Shown: positions 54,050 to 62,659 of the stretch, one piece after another
Layout: every line of letters starts with the position of its first letter
Position numbering within the stretch: position 1 is the stretch's first letter
Source of the DNA: Parvibaculum sp.
Lineage (GTDB): Bacteria > Pseudomonadota > Alphaproteobacteria > Parvibaculales > Parvibaculaceae
Assembly (NCBI RefSeq): GCF_045863935.1
Contig: NZ_BTVP01000007.1
Coordinates: 38,161 to 102,160 of the forward strand
Length of the DNA: 64,000 nucleotides
Reading direction: 5' to 3'
Position numbers and translations under genes: made by a program
The notes under the pieces: model-generated
Seen by the model: the letters and a program-made list of their open reading frames with translations, nothing else
Databases searched by the model: none
What the model was told of the DNA's origin: nothing

Positions 54050-55813
54050 TTGGTAGCGGAATCCAAACCTCGAAGAAGCTGGCTAGGCCGGATCGGCATA
54101 TCGCAGGATCTTCCGCCGGGATTGCGATCGCGCATCGCGTTGCGGGTTGCCGCGGCGATGCTCCCTCTTTGCCTCGCGGCCGGGGTCGCGCAATACGTCA
54201 ACACAGTTCACAACCGGGAGCTTCGCGAGCGCGCGCTCATCGCGCGAGGAGAGGCCGCTATTGCCCACCAGAGCACCGCGCTTCAAGAGCTGCGTATCCT
54301 GCTCGAAACGATTTCCGCCCTGCCGCTCGGCGACCATGCCGACGGCGAAGTCTGCAGCGATGCATTCCGCCGCATCATCCTGCAAAACAAGGATGTCTCC
54401 TCTCTCCATCTGATCGGCGTTGATGGAAAGACCCTGTGTAGTGCGCCGGCGATAGCCACAGGCGATGAAGAGGCGCCCCTTCCGGAATGGGTGGGCAACG
54501 CCGTTCAGTCGCAGCAGTTTTCCATATGGATGCAGAGAAGCGACGATGTCGGCTCGGAAGGACAAGGCTCCGCGAACGCGAGGCTTGTCGCCACCCTCCC
54601 GATCTACGGTCCCGACCGGCAGACGACAGGCATTCTCGCTGCAACGGTGCCCTTCTCGTCTCTCACGCTCACCATGCAGGAAGTGGAACTGCCGGATGCC
54701 GCCGCGCTCGCACTGCTCGATGCGAAGTGGAATGTTCTCGCCCAGCGCACCAGAGGCAGGCAGGTCGACGGATGGCTGCCCGCATCCTTCAGCGCCGCGG
54801 CCGGACCGGAAATCATGTCCGGCACTTTCTCTCAGCAAGGCCGGGACGGCCTCGCTCGCAACTATGTGGTCGCCGCGCTCCCTGGCAATGTCTTCGGTCT
54901 CTATGCTCAGAATCCGGAGGAGCTTTCTGTGGCGGTGCGCGCGGTTCTCTATTTCGCCATCGCCTTCCCCCTGCTTGTCTTGATTGCCGCCAGCGCATTT
55001 GCCGGGCGGGCCACCGGGCAAATCGTCATCGAGCCCCTCAACAAGGTACGGTTCGCGATCCGCCGTTACATCGCGGGTGATGACGGCGCGCGCGTGGAGT
55101 ACGACCCGCAAGCGACGGAGGAAGTTCAAGCGGTCGCGACGAAGTTCAACACCATGGCCGACAAGATCCAGGTTCGCGACGAAGCGCTTCGAGCGGCGCT
55201 CGACCACCAGAAGGCGCTGGTACGCGAGGTGAATCACCGTGTGCGCAACAATCTTCAGGTGATGAACAGCCTTCTTAATCTGCAAAGCCGCCGCGCCAAG
55301 ACACCAGACCAGGCGGCGATCTTCCTCGATGTCCAAAGGCGGCTCAACGCGCTCGGCACCGTTCACGCCGCGCTCTATCAGGCCAACGACTTTCGAGCCG
55401 TCGACCTCGGCGTGCTGCTGAAGGATCTTTGCCTTTCGACTGAGCGTCACCTTTCCACCGAGTGGGGGCGTCCGGTTCTGTCGATGCGGTGCCCGGAACC
55501 CATATATGGTGTTCCAGACGCTGCCCTCACGCTCGCTTTCCTTGTCACCGAACTCATTGCGGAAGCGACGGTGCGTCTGTCACCGGAAGGCCATCCGGCA
55601 ACCCAGATTGATTTCGAACTCACGGAGCGTCCCGGGCGGGGCTCCACGCTTACCATGAAGGTCGATCAGCCGGTGCTCGAAGGGCTGATGGAGAGTCGAC
55701 CGGACGAGGGACACATCAATCTTTTTCGGGGGCTGGTCCGGCAATTGCGCGCGCATATTGACGTCGACGAGCCGGGCTGCGTGGTGACGGTCGATCTCCC
55801 CCTGCTCATCTGA
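54050..55813 (+). CDS. HWE/HisKA_2-type sensor histidine kinase (PhyK-like)
   Basis: 587 aa with two TM segments flanking a periplasmic domain, a HAMP-like linker and H-box LVREVNHRVRNNLQVMNSLLNLQSRR. Its genomic context is with phyR and nepR. Confidence 0.8.
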   Translation: MVAESKPRRSWLGRIGISQDLPPGLRSRIALRVAAAMLPLCLAAGVAQYVNTVHNRELRERALIARGEAAIAHQSTALQELRILLETISALPLGDHADGEVCSDAFRRIILQNKDVSSLHLIGVDGKTLCSAPAIATGDEEAPLPEWVGNAVQSQQFSIWMQRSDDVGSEGQGSANARLVATLPIYGPDRQTTGILAATVPFSSLTLTMQEVELPDAAALALLDAKWNVLAQRTRGRQVDGWLPASFSAAAGPEIMSGTFSQQGRDGLARNYVVAALPGNVFGLYAQNPEELSVAVRAVLYFAIAFPLLVLIAASAFAGRATGQIVIEPLNKVRFAIRRYIAGDDGARVEYDPQATEEVQAVATKFNTMADKIQVRDEALRAALDHQKALVREVNHRVRNNLQVMNSLLNLQSRRAKTPDQAAIFLDVQRRLNALGTVHAALYQANDFRAVDLGVLLKDLCLSTERHLSTEWGRPVLSMRCPEPIYGVPDAALTLAFLVTELIAEATVRLSPEGHPATQIDFELTERPGRGSTLTMKVDQPVLEGLMESRPDEGHINLFRGLVRQLRAHIDVDEPGCVVTVDLPLLI

Positions 55814-55845
55814 GCAAAAATTTTCCATCTATTTTCATTTGCCCG

Positions 55846-55870
55846 GGAACCATCCCAGATAGCGGACGTT
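55846..55870 (+). promoter_or_regulatory. Orphan EcfG-type promoter (perfect GGAAC-N16-CGTT)
   Basis: GGAAC-catcccagatagcgga-CGTT, 33 nt after the kinase stop. It faces the 3' end of the convergent PRC-barrel gene and has no plausible ORF downstream. Confidence 0.5.
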
Positions 55871-55876
55871 ATCTCC

Positions 55877-55983
55877 CTGCTATTGCGAGGTTAGTCTCCC
55901 GAGAGACGGCAAAATCCTTGCAGGCCCCCCGGTCCGGTATCATCCCCGCCCCCCCAAGCCCCACTGGACCGGGGGCATTTTTC
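55877..55983 (+). ncRNA. Candidate EcfG-dependent small RNA (GsrN-like); boundaries approximate
   Basis: The 5' end is placed just downstream of the promoter at 55846-55870. It contains hairpin GTCTC-ccga-GAGAC (55894-55907) and a long hairpin GCCCCCCGGTCC/GGACCGGGGGC (55924-55976) with a C-rich loop, followed by ATTTTT. Confidence 0.3.
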
Positions 55984-56034
55984 TCCCCGATCCCAGCCAC
56001 GTTCCTGACCGCCATATGCGGAGGCGCGGACACG

Positions 56035-56065
56035 CAAAAAGCCCGGCCGGTTTCCCGCCGGTCGG
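56035..56065 (-). terminator. Intrinsic terminator downstream of the PRC-barrel gene
   Basis: CCGGCCGG-tttcccg-CCGGTCGG (8 bp including one G-U), followed on the minus strand by CTTTTT. Confidence 0.55.
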
Positions 56066-56090
56066 ACCTTCTGCGACACGTCATCGGTGC

Positions 56091-56897
56091 TTACATCTCG
56101 CCGGCCTTGGGCGCCTCTTCCTCGCTGTAGAAGAAGGCCGGCTGCTGCCTGAGCTCATCCAGCGTCATGGCGAGCTTCACCGGTTCCTCGGCACGCGCAG
56201 CTGTCAGCTGCTCGAACTCGACGGCCGTGCGACTGTCGCCCACTCCAAGTGTGCCGCCATACTCGATGACCGCATATTTGGCCGCGCCGTTTCGATCGAG
56301 GATAACGTCGGAAATCTTGCCCGTTCCGTCCTCTTCCGTCGCCAGCGCGACTTCGCGACCGAGGTAGGAGCTCGCGAGTTCGCCGCCGGTCTTTTCCAGC
56401 GGCGCCTTGTCGAATTCGGTCGCGTTTTCGAGTGCCTCGCCGGTCATGCCGATACGGACCATACGGTCGCCGTTCTCATCGTGCGTAATCGATGTGCCTT
56501 CGAAATCGATCGCGACCATCTTGCCGCCAAAGCCGAACATGACACCGTCGGCGATGATGACCTGCTTCACCACGTCGTTTTCATCGAAGACCAGGTCGTC
56601 CACCGCGCCAAGTTTCTTGCCGTCGGGACCAACAACATCGGCGCCAATGATCTCGCCCGCCGCACTAGCCGTTCCCGACAGAATGGCGGCATTGCCGCGC
56701 ATCGTCAGCACATCCGAACCGGCTTCTTCCCGCGCGGCACTCGGCATTTCGCCCGGCGTCTCCAATCCGGGCCTGCTTTGCTGCTGCGCAGGCGTTACTT
56801 CCAGGGGTGCGTTCTTCGCATCCTCAGGTGCCGCATGACCCGCCGAAGCGAGTGCCACGGAGGCCACAAGCGCAGTCGTCGTGAGGAGCTTTTTCAT
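56091..56897 (-). CDS. PRC-barrel domain protein (secreted, two PRC-barrel repeats)
   Basis: Start MKKLLTTTALVASVALASAGHA (RBS AAGGAGAAA). PRC-barrel-like segments are present (IIGADVVGPDGKKLGAVDDLVFDENDVVKQVII and YLGREVALATEEDGTGKISDVILDRNGAAKYAVIEYG). Confidence 0.8.
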   Translation of the reverse strand: MKKLLTTTALVASVALASAGHAAPEDAKNAPLEVTPAQQQSRPGLETPGEMPSAAREEAGSDVLTMRGNAAILSGTASAAGEIIGADVVGPDGKKLGAVDDLVFDENDVVKQVIIADGVMFGFGGKMVAIDFEGTSITHDENGDRMVRIGMTGEALENATEFDKAPLEKTGGELASSYLGREVALATEEDGTGKISDVILDRNGAAKYAVIEYGGTLGVGDSRTAVEFEQLTAARAEEPVKLAMTLDELRQQPAFFYSEEEAPKAGEM

Positions 56898-56955
56898 GAA
56901 GTTTCTCCTTTCTCCAATCACACCGCACCGAGAATGGCGCGGCTACTGACCTGAA

Positions 56956-56980
56956 AACGGCTCGCGGGATGCGGTGTTCC
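56956..56980 (-). promoter_or_regulatory. EcfG-type promoter (perfect GGAAC-N16-CGTT) upstream of the PRC-barrel gene
   Basis: The plus strand reads AACG-gctcgcgggatgcggt-GTTCC, about 60 nt upstream of the ATG at 56897. Confidence 0.55.
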
Positions 56981-57106
56981 ACAATCTTATTTTCGCTGCA
57001 TTGATGCCAGATTTGTCCCGAGTGGCGGTCAACGCCGCTTTGGCCGGGTTCGGGTTCCCTCTTTGCTATAGGCTTTCCGTTCGAAAGCAATTTCGGGAGA
57101 CATGGC

Positions 57107-58336
57107 ATGTCGGCACGTTCGAAGAAGATTTCCTTCACCGGCACCCAGGGAGCCGAGCTTGCGGCTCTTCTTGATCTGCCGGCCGGCCCCGTACATGCCT
57201 ATGCTGTCTTTGCCCATTGCTTCACCTGCTCGAAGGACATATTCGCCGCAGCCCGCATTTCGAGCGCACTTGCGGAGCTTGGCATCGGCGTGCTCCGCTT
57301 CGATTTCACCGGCCTCGGCATGAGTGGTGGCGAATTCGCAAACACCAACTTCTCATCAAACATTGGAGATCTTCTGTGTGCGGTCGACTTCATGCGCCAG
57401 AATCTCGAGGCGCCGAAGATCCTCATCGGTCACAGCCTCGGGGGTGCCGCGATCCTCGCTGCGGCAAGCGAGATTCCGGAGGCCAGGGCCGTCGCGACAA
57501 TCGGCGCTCCGGCAGATGCCCGGCACGTCGTACAAAGCTTTCAGGCCGACCTCACACGGATCGAAGAGGACGGTGAGGCGAAGGTGGAGCTTGCCGGGCG
57601 GCGCTTTCAAATCCGGAAACAGTTCATCGACGACCTCAACGAGCACGATCTGGGCGAACGTATAAGCGCTCTCCGGAAACCTCTCCTCATATTCCACGCG
57701 CCGCGCGACGAAATCGTCGGCATCGAGAATGCCGGGAGGATTTTCGACGCCGCAAAGCATCCCAAGAGTTTTGTCTCGCTCGACGATGCGGATCACCTCC
57801 TGACACGGCGGCGCGATGCGCTCTATGTGGCGGAAGTCCTTGCCGCGTGGGCCGGCCGATATATCGGACGCGAGGCGGAGGTGCGGGACGAGGGAGCGGA
57901 CGACGTCGTGATCGTTTCGGAGACGGGGCTTGGAAAATTCCAGCAGCGCGTGACTGTCGGTCCGCACAAGTTGACGGCCGACGAACCCGAGGCACATGGC
58001 GGCCTCAACTCCGGGCCAACGCCCTACGATTTCCTGTCCATCGCGCTCGGCGCCTGTACCTCCATGACCCTGCGCATGTATGCCGACCGCAAGGAGCTGG
58101 AGCTTGGCGCCATCTCCGTCACGGTGGACCACAAAAGGGTACATGCCCGCGACTGCGCCGAATGCGCGGAGGGGCATGACGGCTATGTCGATCGCTTCGA
58201 AAGAACCATCCGGATTGCGGGCGGCCTTGCCCCCTCGCTATCCGAAAAAGTGGCTGAAATCGCAGGCAAATGCCCGGTTCACCGGACCCTCGAAGCGAGT
58301 TCCGTTGTGGTCACGAAGATTGCGGGCGAAAATTGA
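57107..58336 (+). CDS. Bifunctional alpha/beta hydrolase - OsmC family protein
   Basis: N-terminal hydrolase with nucleophile elbow LIGHSLGG. C-terminal OsmC-like domain (HGGLNSGPTPYDFLSIALGACTSMTL ... KCPVHRTL). Confidence 0.85.
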   Translation: MSARSKKISFTGTQGAELAALLDLPAGPVHAYAVFAHCFTCSKDIFAAARISSALAELGIGVLRFDFTGLGMSGGEFANTNFSSNIGDLLCAVDFMRQNLEAPKILIGHSLGGAAILAAASEIPEARAVATIGAPADARHVVQSFQADLTRIEEDGEAKVELAGRRFQIRKQFIDDLNEHDLGERISALRKPLLIFHAPRDEIVGIENAGRIFDAAKHPKSFVSLDDADHLLTRRRDALYVAEVLAAWAGRYIGREAEVRDEGADDVVIVSETGLGKFQQRVTVGPHKLTADEPEAHGGLNSGPTPYDFLSIALGACTSMTLRMYADRKELELGAISVTVDHKRVHARDCAECAEGHDGYVDRFERTIRIAGGLAPSLSEKVAEIAGKCPVHRTLEASSVVVTKIAGEN

Positions 58337-58363
58337 CCTCGGCCATAATAAAATCGTCGTTTC

Positions 58364-58390
58364 TGATAACAAAAATGAGAAGCAATATCA
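58364..58390. promoter_or_regulatory. AT-rich inverted repeat upstream of the TonB-dependent receptor (possible metal-regulator box)
   Basis: TGATAacaaaaatgagaagcaaTATCA. GATAACAAAAATGAGAAGC matches about 12/19 positions of the classical Fur box by my count. Confidence 0.2.
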
Positions 58391-58456
58391 TTTACAGACT
58401 TTTTTGAAGTTTGTATGACATCCCCCGCGCGCCGTTGCGCCAGACAAGGGGGATGC

Positions 58457-60733
58457 ATGTCTTTTCACTACACACGGTATTTCCGTCAGCCGGCCGCGAC
58501 AGCTATTGCGGCTCTTCTATGGACCCTCCCCGTCTACGCACAGAGCGGCGCCGATGCCGGGCAACAGGAAACCGCGAAAGCGAAGCTGCACATCCTCGAG
58601 GGCCTGACCGTGACAGGCACGGCTGGCGATGTCGGTGATGTCGGCGGGTCGGCAACCTTCATCGGCAAGGAGGAAATCGAGAAATTCTCCTATACCGATA
58701 TCAACCGCACCCTGCGCCTTGTCCCCGGCGTCCAGCTCCAGGAAGAAGACGGCTACGGCCTCAGACCCAATATCGGCATTCGCGGGTCCGGCAGCGACCG
58801 CAACAACAAGATCGTCATCATGGAAGATGGCGTGCTGATGGCGCCGGCGCCCTATGCCGCGCCCGCAGCCTATTACTTCCCGTCCATGGGCCGCATGGAA
58901 GCGATTGAAGTCGTCAAGGGTCCTGCTGCGATCAAGTACGGACCTTCGACCGTCGCCGGTGCGGTCAATCTTTTCTCGACGTCCATCCCCGACAATGAAG
59001 AGGGCGGGCTGTCCGGTTCGGTGACGGCTCTCGGCGGCGAAGACAGCACTCTTCGCGTCCATGGCTATGCCGGCGGATGGATGCCAATGTCGAACGCGTG
59101 GGATGTCGGTATTCTGGTCGAAACACTGCAGGACAGGACGGACGGCTTCAAGGAACTCGATGGCGGCGGCGATACGGGCTACCGCATTCAGGACTATCTG
59201 GCGAAGCTTGCCTTCCGGAGCACCGCCGAATCCGGCCTGCGTCAATCGTTCGAATTCAAGGTGCAACGGTCGGATGAGGTTTCGGATGAAACCTATCTCG
59301 GCCTGACGCTTGCCGATTTCAACGCGAACCCCTACCGCCGCTACGCCGCCAGCCAGGTCGACGAAATGAATGTCGATCACCTGACGCTGCAGGCTTCGCA
59401 CCGCGTCGATTTCTCCAACGACCTCAACCTCACGACGACGCTCTACTACAACGACACGAGCCGTGCCTGGTACAAGATCAACGACGCGAGGCTCACCGGC
59501 GCGCCGACATGGACGAGCATTTCCAGCATCGTTTCGGATCCCGTCACGAATGCCGCCGAATATGCCGTTCTGCAAGGAGCCGCCGGCGAGATACGCGTCC
59601 GCAACAACAATCGCGAATATTATTCGGCCGGCATCCAGTCCGTTCTCGGATCGGCATTCGTCACGGGGGATCTCGCGCATTATCTCGAGTTCTCGGTGCG
59701 CTACCATGAAGACGAAGAAGACCGGTTCCAGAACGACGACATCTACACAATGTCCGGCGGGCAGATGACGCTCACGTCAGCGGGCGCGGCGGGCAGTCAG
59801 GACAACCGCGTCGGCGACGCGAAGGCCTGGGCGTTTTTCGTTCAGGACACGATCGACTGGGACCGGTTGACGGTGACACCGGGCCTTCGTTACGAGACGA
59901 TCCGTCTGCGCCAGACCCGCTGGAGCACGGCCGATCCAAGCCGGACCGGCCCGGCGACCGTCGCGGAGAACTCGGTCGACGTTCTCATTCCCGGCGTCGG
60001 CGCTGTCTATCATCTGACGGATGAATGGCAGCTTGTCGGCGGCGTTCATCGCGGCTTTGCAGCGCCGGGCCCGGGGTCGACTTCCGATGCGGAGCGTTCC
60101 GTCAATTACGAGGCAGGCGTCCGCTACGGCGCGGGCGACCTGTCGCTCGAAGCGATCGGTTTCTTCAACGATTATTCGAACCTGCTCGGCACCTGCACCG
60201 CCTCGACGGGCGGAGGCTGCACCATCGGCGCGCAGTTCGACGGCGGCGAAGTCGACGTGAAGGGGCTGGAATTCACCGCCGGATATGATGCCGGCAAGAG
60301 CCTCGGCACCAAGCTTTCGGTACCGCTCGCGGCGATCTACACCTATACGGACGCCGAGTTCAAAACGAGCTTCAACAGCGGCTTCGGCCCCTGGGGCAAT
60401 GTCACGGCGGGCGACAAACTGCCCTATGTGCCGGAGCACCAGCTGACCCTGACGGCAGGCGTCGAAGGCGAGACCTGGCGGACGAACGTGATCGCCAACT
60501 ATGTCGATGAAACGCGGTCCGTCGCGGGCCAGGGAGCTATCCCGGCGGACCAGCGCATCGACGACCGGATCATCGTCGACCTCTCCGCCGAGCTGGACGT
60601 CGTGCCGGGCGTGAGCCTGATGGCGATCGTCGAGAACGTCACGGACGAAGTCTACCTCGTCTCGTTCGACCCGGCAGGGGCGAGGCCGGGCAAGCCCCGA
60701 ACGATCCTCGGAGGTGTGCGCTTCACCTTCTGA
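58457..60733 (+). CDS. TonB-dependent outer-membrane receptor
   Basis: Signal peptide MSFHYTRYFRQPAATAIAALLWTLPVYAQ, plug motifs (GLRPNIGIRGSG, IVIMEDGVLMAPAPYAAPAAYYFP) and barrel C-terminus ILGGVRFTF. The tracked ORF starts at 58415. Confidence 0.9.
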   Translation: MSFHYTRYFRQPAATAIAALLWTLPVYAQSGADAGQQETAKAKLHILEGLTVTGTAGDVGDVGGSATFIGKEEIEKFSYTDINRTLRLVPGVQLQEEDGYGLRPNIGIRGSGSDRNNKIVIMEDGVLMAPAPYAAPAAYYFPSMGRMEAIEVVKGPAAIKYGPSTVAGAVNLFSTSIPDNEEGGLSGSVTALGGEDSTLRVHGYAGGWMPMSNAWDVGILVETLQDRTDGFKELDGGGDTGYRIQDYLAKLAFRSTAESGLRQSFEFKVQRSDEVSDETYLGLTLADFNANPYRRYAASQVDEMNVDHLTLQASHRVDFSNDLNLTTTLYYNDTSRAWYKINDARLTGAPTWTSISSIVSDPVTNAAEYAVLQGAAGEIRVRNNNREYYSAGIQSVLGSAFVTGDLAHYLEFSVRYHEDEEDRFQNDDIYTMSGGQMTLTSAGAAGSQDNRVGDAKAWAFFVQDTIDWDRLTVTPGLRYETIRLRQTRWSTADPSRTGPATVAENSVDVLIPGVGAVYHLTDEWQLVGGVHRGFAAPGPGSTSDAERSVNYEAGVRYGAGDLSLEAIGFFNDYSNLLGTCTASTGGGCTIGAQFDGGEVDVKGLEFTAGYDAGKSLGTKLSVPLAAIYTYTDAEFKTSFNSGFGPWGNVTAGDKLPYVPEHQLTLTAGVEGETWRTNVIANYVDETRSVAGQGAIPADQRIDDRIIVDLSAELDVVPGVSLMAIVENVTDEVYLVSFDPAGARPGKPRTILGGVRFTF

Positions 60734-60757
60734 CCTTCTCACTTCGAGAGACGAAAA

Positions 60758-60792
60758 GCGGCAGGGCTCGCAAGGCCCTGCCGCATTTGCAT
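60758..60792 (+). terminator. Intrinsic terminator after the TonB-dependent receptor gene
   Basis: GCGGCAGGGC-tcgcaag-GCCCTGCCGC followed by ATTTGCATTT. Confidence 0.6.
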
Positions 60793-60975
60793 TTGGGGAG
60801 AAGCCACAGTGTGCCGTACGAATTTCCGGCCGCTGTGTCTTTACGGCCGGGGTCCGGGCTCCGAGTTTATCCCATTGAAATCGCTTGTCTTTTTATCGCT
60901 TCTGGCCATGCTCCCCGCCCTTCTGCCAAGCTAGGCATAGGTGCGCTGCGGCCACACATGGGGGCCGTCATTCCA

Positions 60976-61004
60976 CTGTCACAAAAGTGAATGCGAACCG
61001 TCAC
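60976..61004 (+). promoter_or_regulatory. Pho-box-like array upstream of the OprO/P porin gene
   Basis: CTGTCAC-aaaa-GTGAATG-cgaa-CCGTCAC, in 7-4-7-4-7 phasing. The outer heptamers match CTGTCAT well. It lies about 95 nt upstream of the ATG at 61100. Confidence 0.4.
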
Positions 61005-61099
61005 ATGGCTCTGTTACGAGCGACGCCATGGGGGGTGTTCGCGGTCTTCGCCGCGGCTGCCGATCCTGCAACAGAAGCTCATCAACACGGAGACGTCTA

Positions 61100-62479
61100 A
61101 TGACGTTGAGAAACATTCTGCTGGCCGGCACGGCGATCGGCGCTGCCGCCTTCCTTGCGGCACCTGCTTTTGCCGCCAGCAACACCCAAGCCGAACTCGA
61201 CGCCCTGAAGGCGCAGATCGAAGCGCTTCAGCGGAAAGTCGACGATGTCGAAATCCAGCATGGCAACGCGATCAAGTCGCTCGAAGAGCGCAAGAGCGAT
61301 GTCATCGTCGGCCTGAAGAACGGCCGCCCCTCCTTCGAGTCGGCTGACGGCAACTTCACCTTCGAACTCTCCGGCCGCGCCCATCTCGACTGGGGTGGTT
61401 ACGACCAGGACGACAACAGCGAAGCCAACTTCGGCGGCCTCGGCAACAACATGAACTTCCGCCGTGCCATTTTCGGTGCCAGCGGCACGTTGATGAAGGA
61501 CTTCGCCTACGACCTGTATTTCAACTTCGGCGACTCGGGCGACGAACAGAACGGCGTGATCTATGAAGCCGCTCTGCACTATATCGGCATCGACGGCGTG
61601 AAGCTCAGCATCGGCGCGATCCAGCCGAAGCTCACGCTCGACGACTCGACCTCGTCGAACGACATCACCTTCATCGAACGTGCGACCGCCGCGAACCTCA
61701 TGACCTCCATCGGCGCAGGCGATGGACGCATGGCAGTCGGCGGTGCGGGCAATACAGACAACTTCTTCGCTGCCGCTTACTACACGATGGGTTCGGTTGG
61801 ACCCGGCAGCACGACGGACGGCGACAGGTCGAACATCCTTGGCCGCGTCGCCTTCGCGACCTCGCCGAAGGAAGGCCCGAACTTCCATATCGGCCTGTCG
61901 GGCACCTATGCCGCAAATCTGGCCAACGATTCGATCAGCTTCGGCGACCGTCCGGAACTGCGCGTCGATGCAACCCGCATGATCAACACGACGTCGTTCG
62001 CCGCCGACAGCGCGCTCGCCTATGGTCCGGAACTCGCCTTCAACTACGGCCCGTTCCGCGCACAGGGTGAATACTACATCTACACCACCGACGGCCTTGC
62101 CGGTTCGCCCGATGCCGAGTTCGATGCCTGGTATCTGCAGGCCTCGTGGATCCTCACCGGCGAGTCCTACAAGTACAGCATGAGCAAGGCCGCCTATTCC
62201 GGCGTGAGCCCCGATAATCCGTTCCTTGCCGGCGGCGGCATGGGCGCGTGGGAACTTGCGGCGCGCTACAGCCAGGCCGACCTCAACGACAGCGACCTTG
62301 GCATTGGCGATCAGGGCGGCGAGCAGGACATCATCACGGTGGGCCTGAACTGGTATCCGAACAAGAACGTCCGCTTCATGCTCAACTACCTGAACGTGGA
62401 CGTCGAAGATCGTGCGAACGTAGCGAACCCGAACTTCAGCCACGACGCGATCGCGCTGCGCACGCAGTTCACGTTCTAA
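61100..62479 (+). CDS. Phosphate-selective porin OprO/OprP family
   Basis: Start MTLRNILLAGTAIGAAAFLAAPAFA, an N-terminal coiled coil (ELDALKAQIEALQRKVDD), SFESADGNFTFELSGRAHLDWG, LNWYPNKNVRFMLNY and a C-terminal TQFTF. Confidence 0.85.
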   Translation: MTLRNILLAGTAIGAAAFLAAPAFAASNTQAELDALKAQIEALQRKVDDVEIQHGNAIKSLEERKSDVIVGLKNGRPSFESADGNFTFELSGRAHLDWGGYDQDDNSEANFGGLGNNMNFRRAIFGASGTLMKDFAYDLYFNFGDSGDEQNGVIYEAALHYIGIDGVKLSIGAIQPKLTLDDSTSSNDITFIERATAANLMTSIGAGDGRMAVGGAGNTDNFFAAAYYTMGSVGPGSTTDGDRSNILGRVAFATSPKEGPNFHIGLSGTYAANLANDSISFGDRPELRVDATRMINTTSFAADSALAYGPELAFNYGPFRAQGEYYIYTTDGLAGSPDAEFDAWYLQASWILTGESYKYSMSKAAYSGVSPDNPFLAGGGMGAWELAARYSQADLNDSDLGIGDQGGEQDIITVGLNWYPNKNVRFMLNYLNVDVEDRANVANPNFSHDAIALRTQFTF

Positions 62480-62522
62480 AAATTACGCTCGATCCGATCC
62501 TCGCAGATCAGTCAAGCGGCAG

Positions 62523-62557
62523 CCCCCGGTGGAGAAATCCACCGGGGGTTTTCTTTT
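62523..62557 (+). terminator. Intrinsic terminator after the porin gene
   Basis: CCCCCGGTGGA-gaaa-TCCACCGGGGG followed by TTTTCTTTT. Confidence 0.7.
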
Positions 62558-62630
62558 GTGCGTCCGCGCCGGGGGCGGAGCAATCGCCGGGGGTTTTCTT
62601 ATGCCCGGATGCGGGGACAAGTACGGGCGT

Positions 62631-62659
62631 CTGTCATCGAAATGTCATCGAACTGTCAA
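62631..62659 (+). promoter_or_regulatory. Orphan triple Pho-box array
   Basis: CTGTCAT-cgaa-ATGTCAT-cgaa-CTGTCAA, three heptamers with 11-bp periodicity. It lies in the convergent spacer between the porin and PstS-like genes and is nested inside the 11-bp inverted repeat 62611-62621/62670-62680. Confidence 0.55.

Noticed and set aside
55918-56130. 70-aa ORF downstream of the orphan EcfG promoter
   Set aside because: It is Pro/Gly/Ala-rich, overlaps the terminator and the 3' end of the convergent PRC-barrel gene, and has no RBS. An RNA product is the more economical reading.
54083-62443. Long antisense ORFs 54083-55450, 58517-59707, 59777-60742 and 61097-62443
   Set aside because: They lie opposite the HWE kinase, TonB receptor and OprO/P porin genes, all of which have strong signatures. 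No motifs are present in the antisense frames.
62543-62601. Direct repeat CCGGGGGTTTTCTT (62543-62556 and 62588-62601) as a REP or mobile element
   Set aside because: The first copy is simply the 3' arm and T-tract of the porin terminator. The second may be a weak backup terminator. Two short copies are not enough to call a repeat family.
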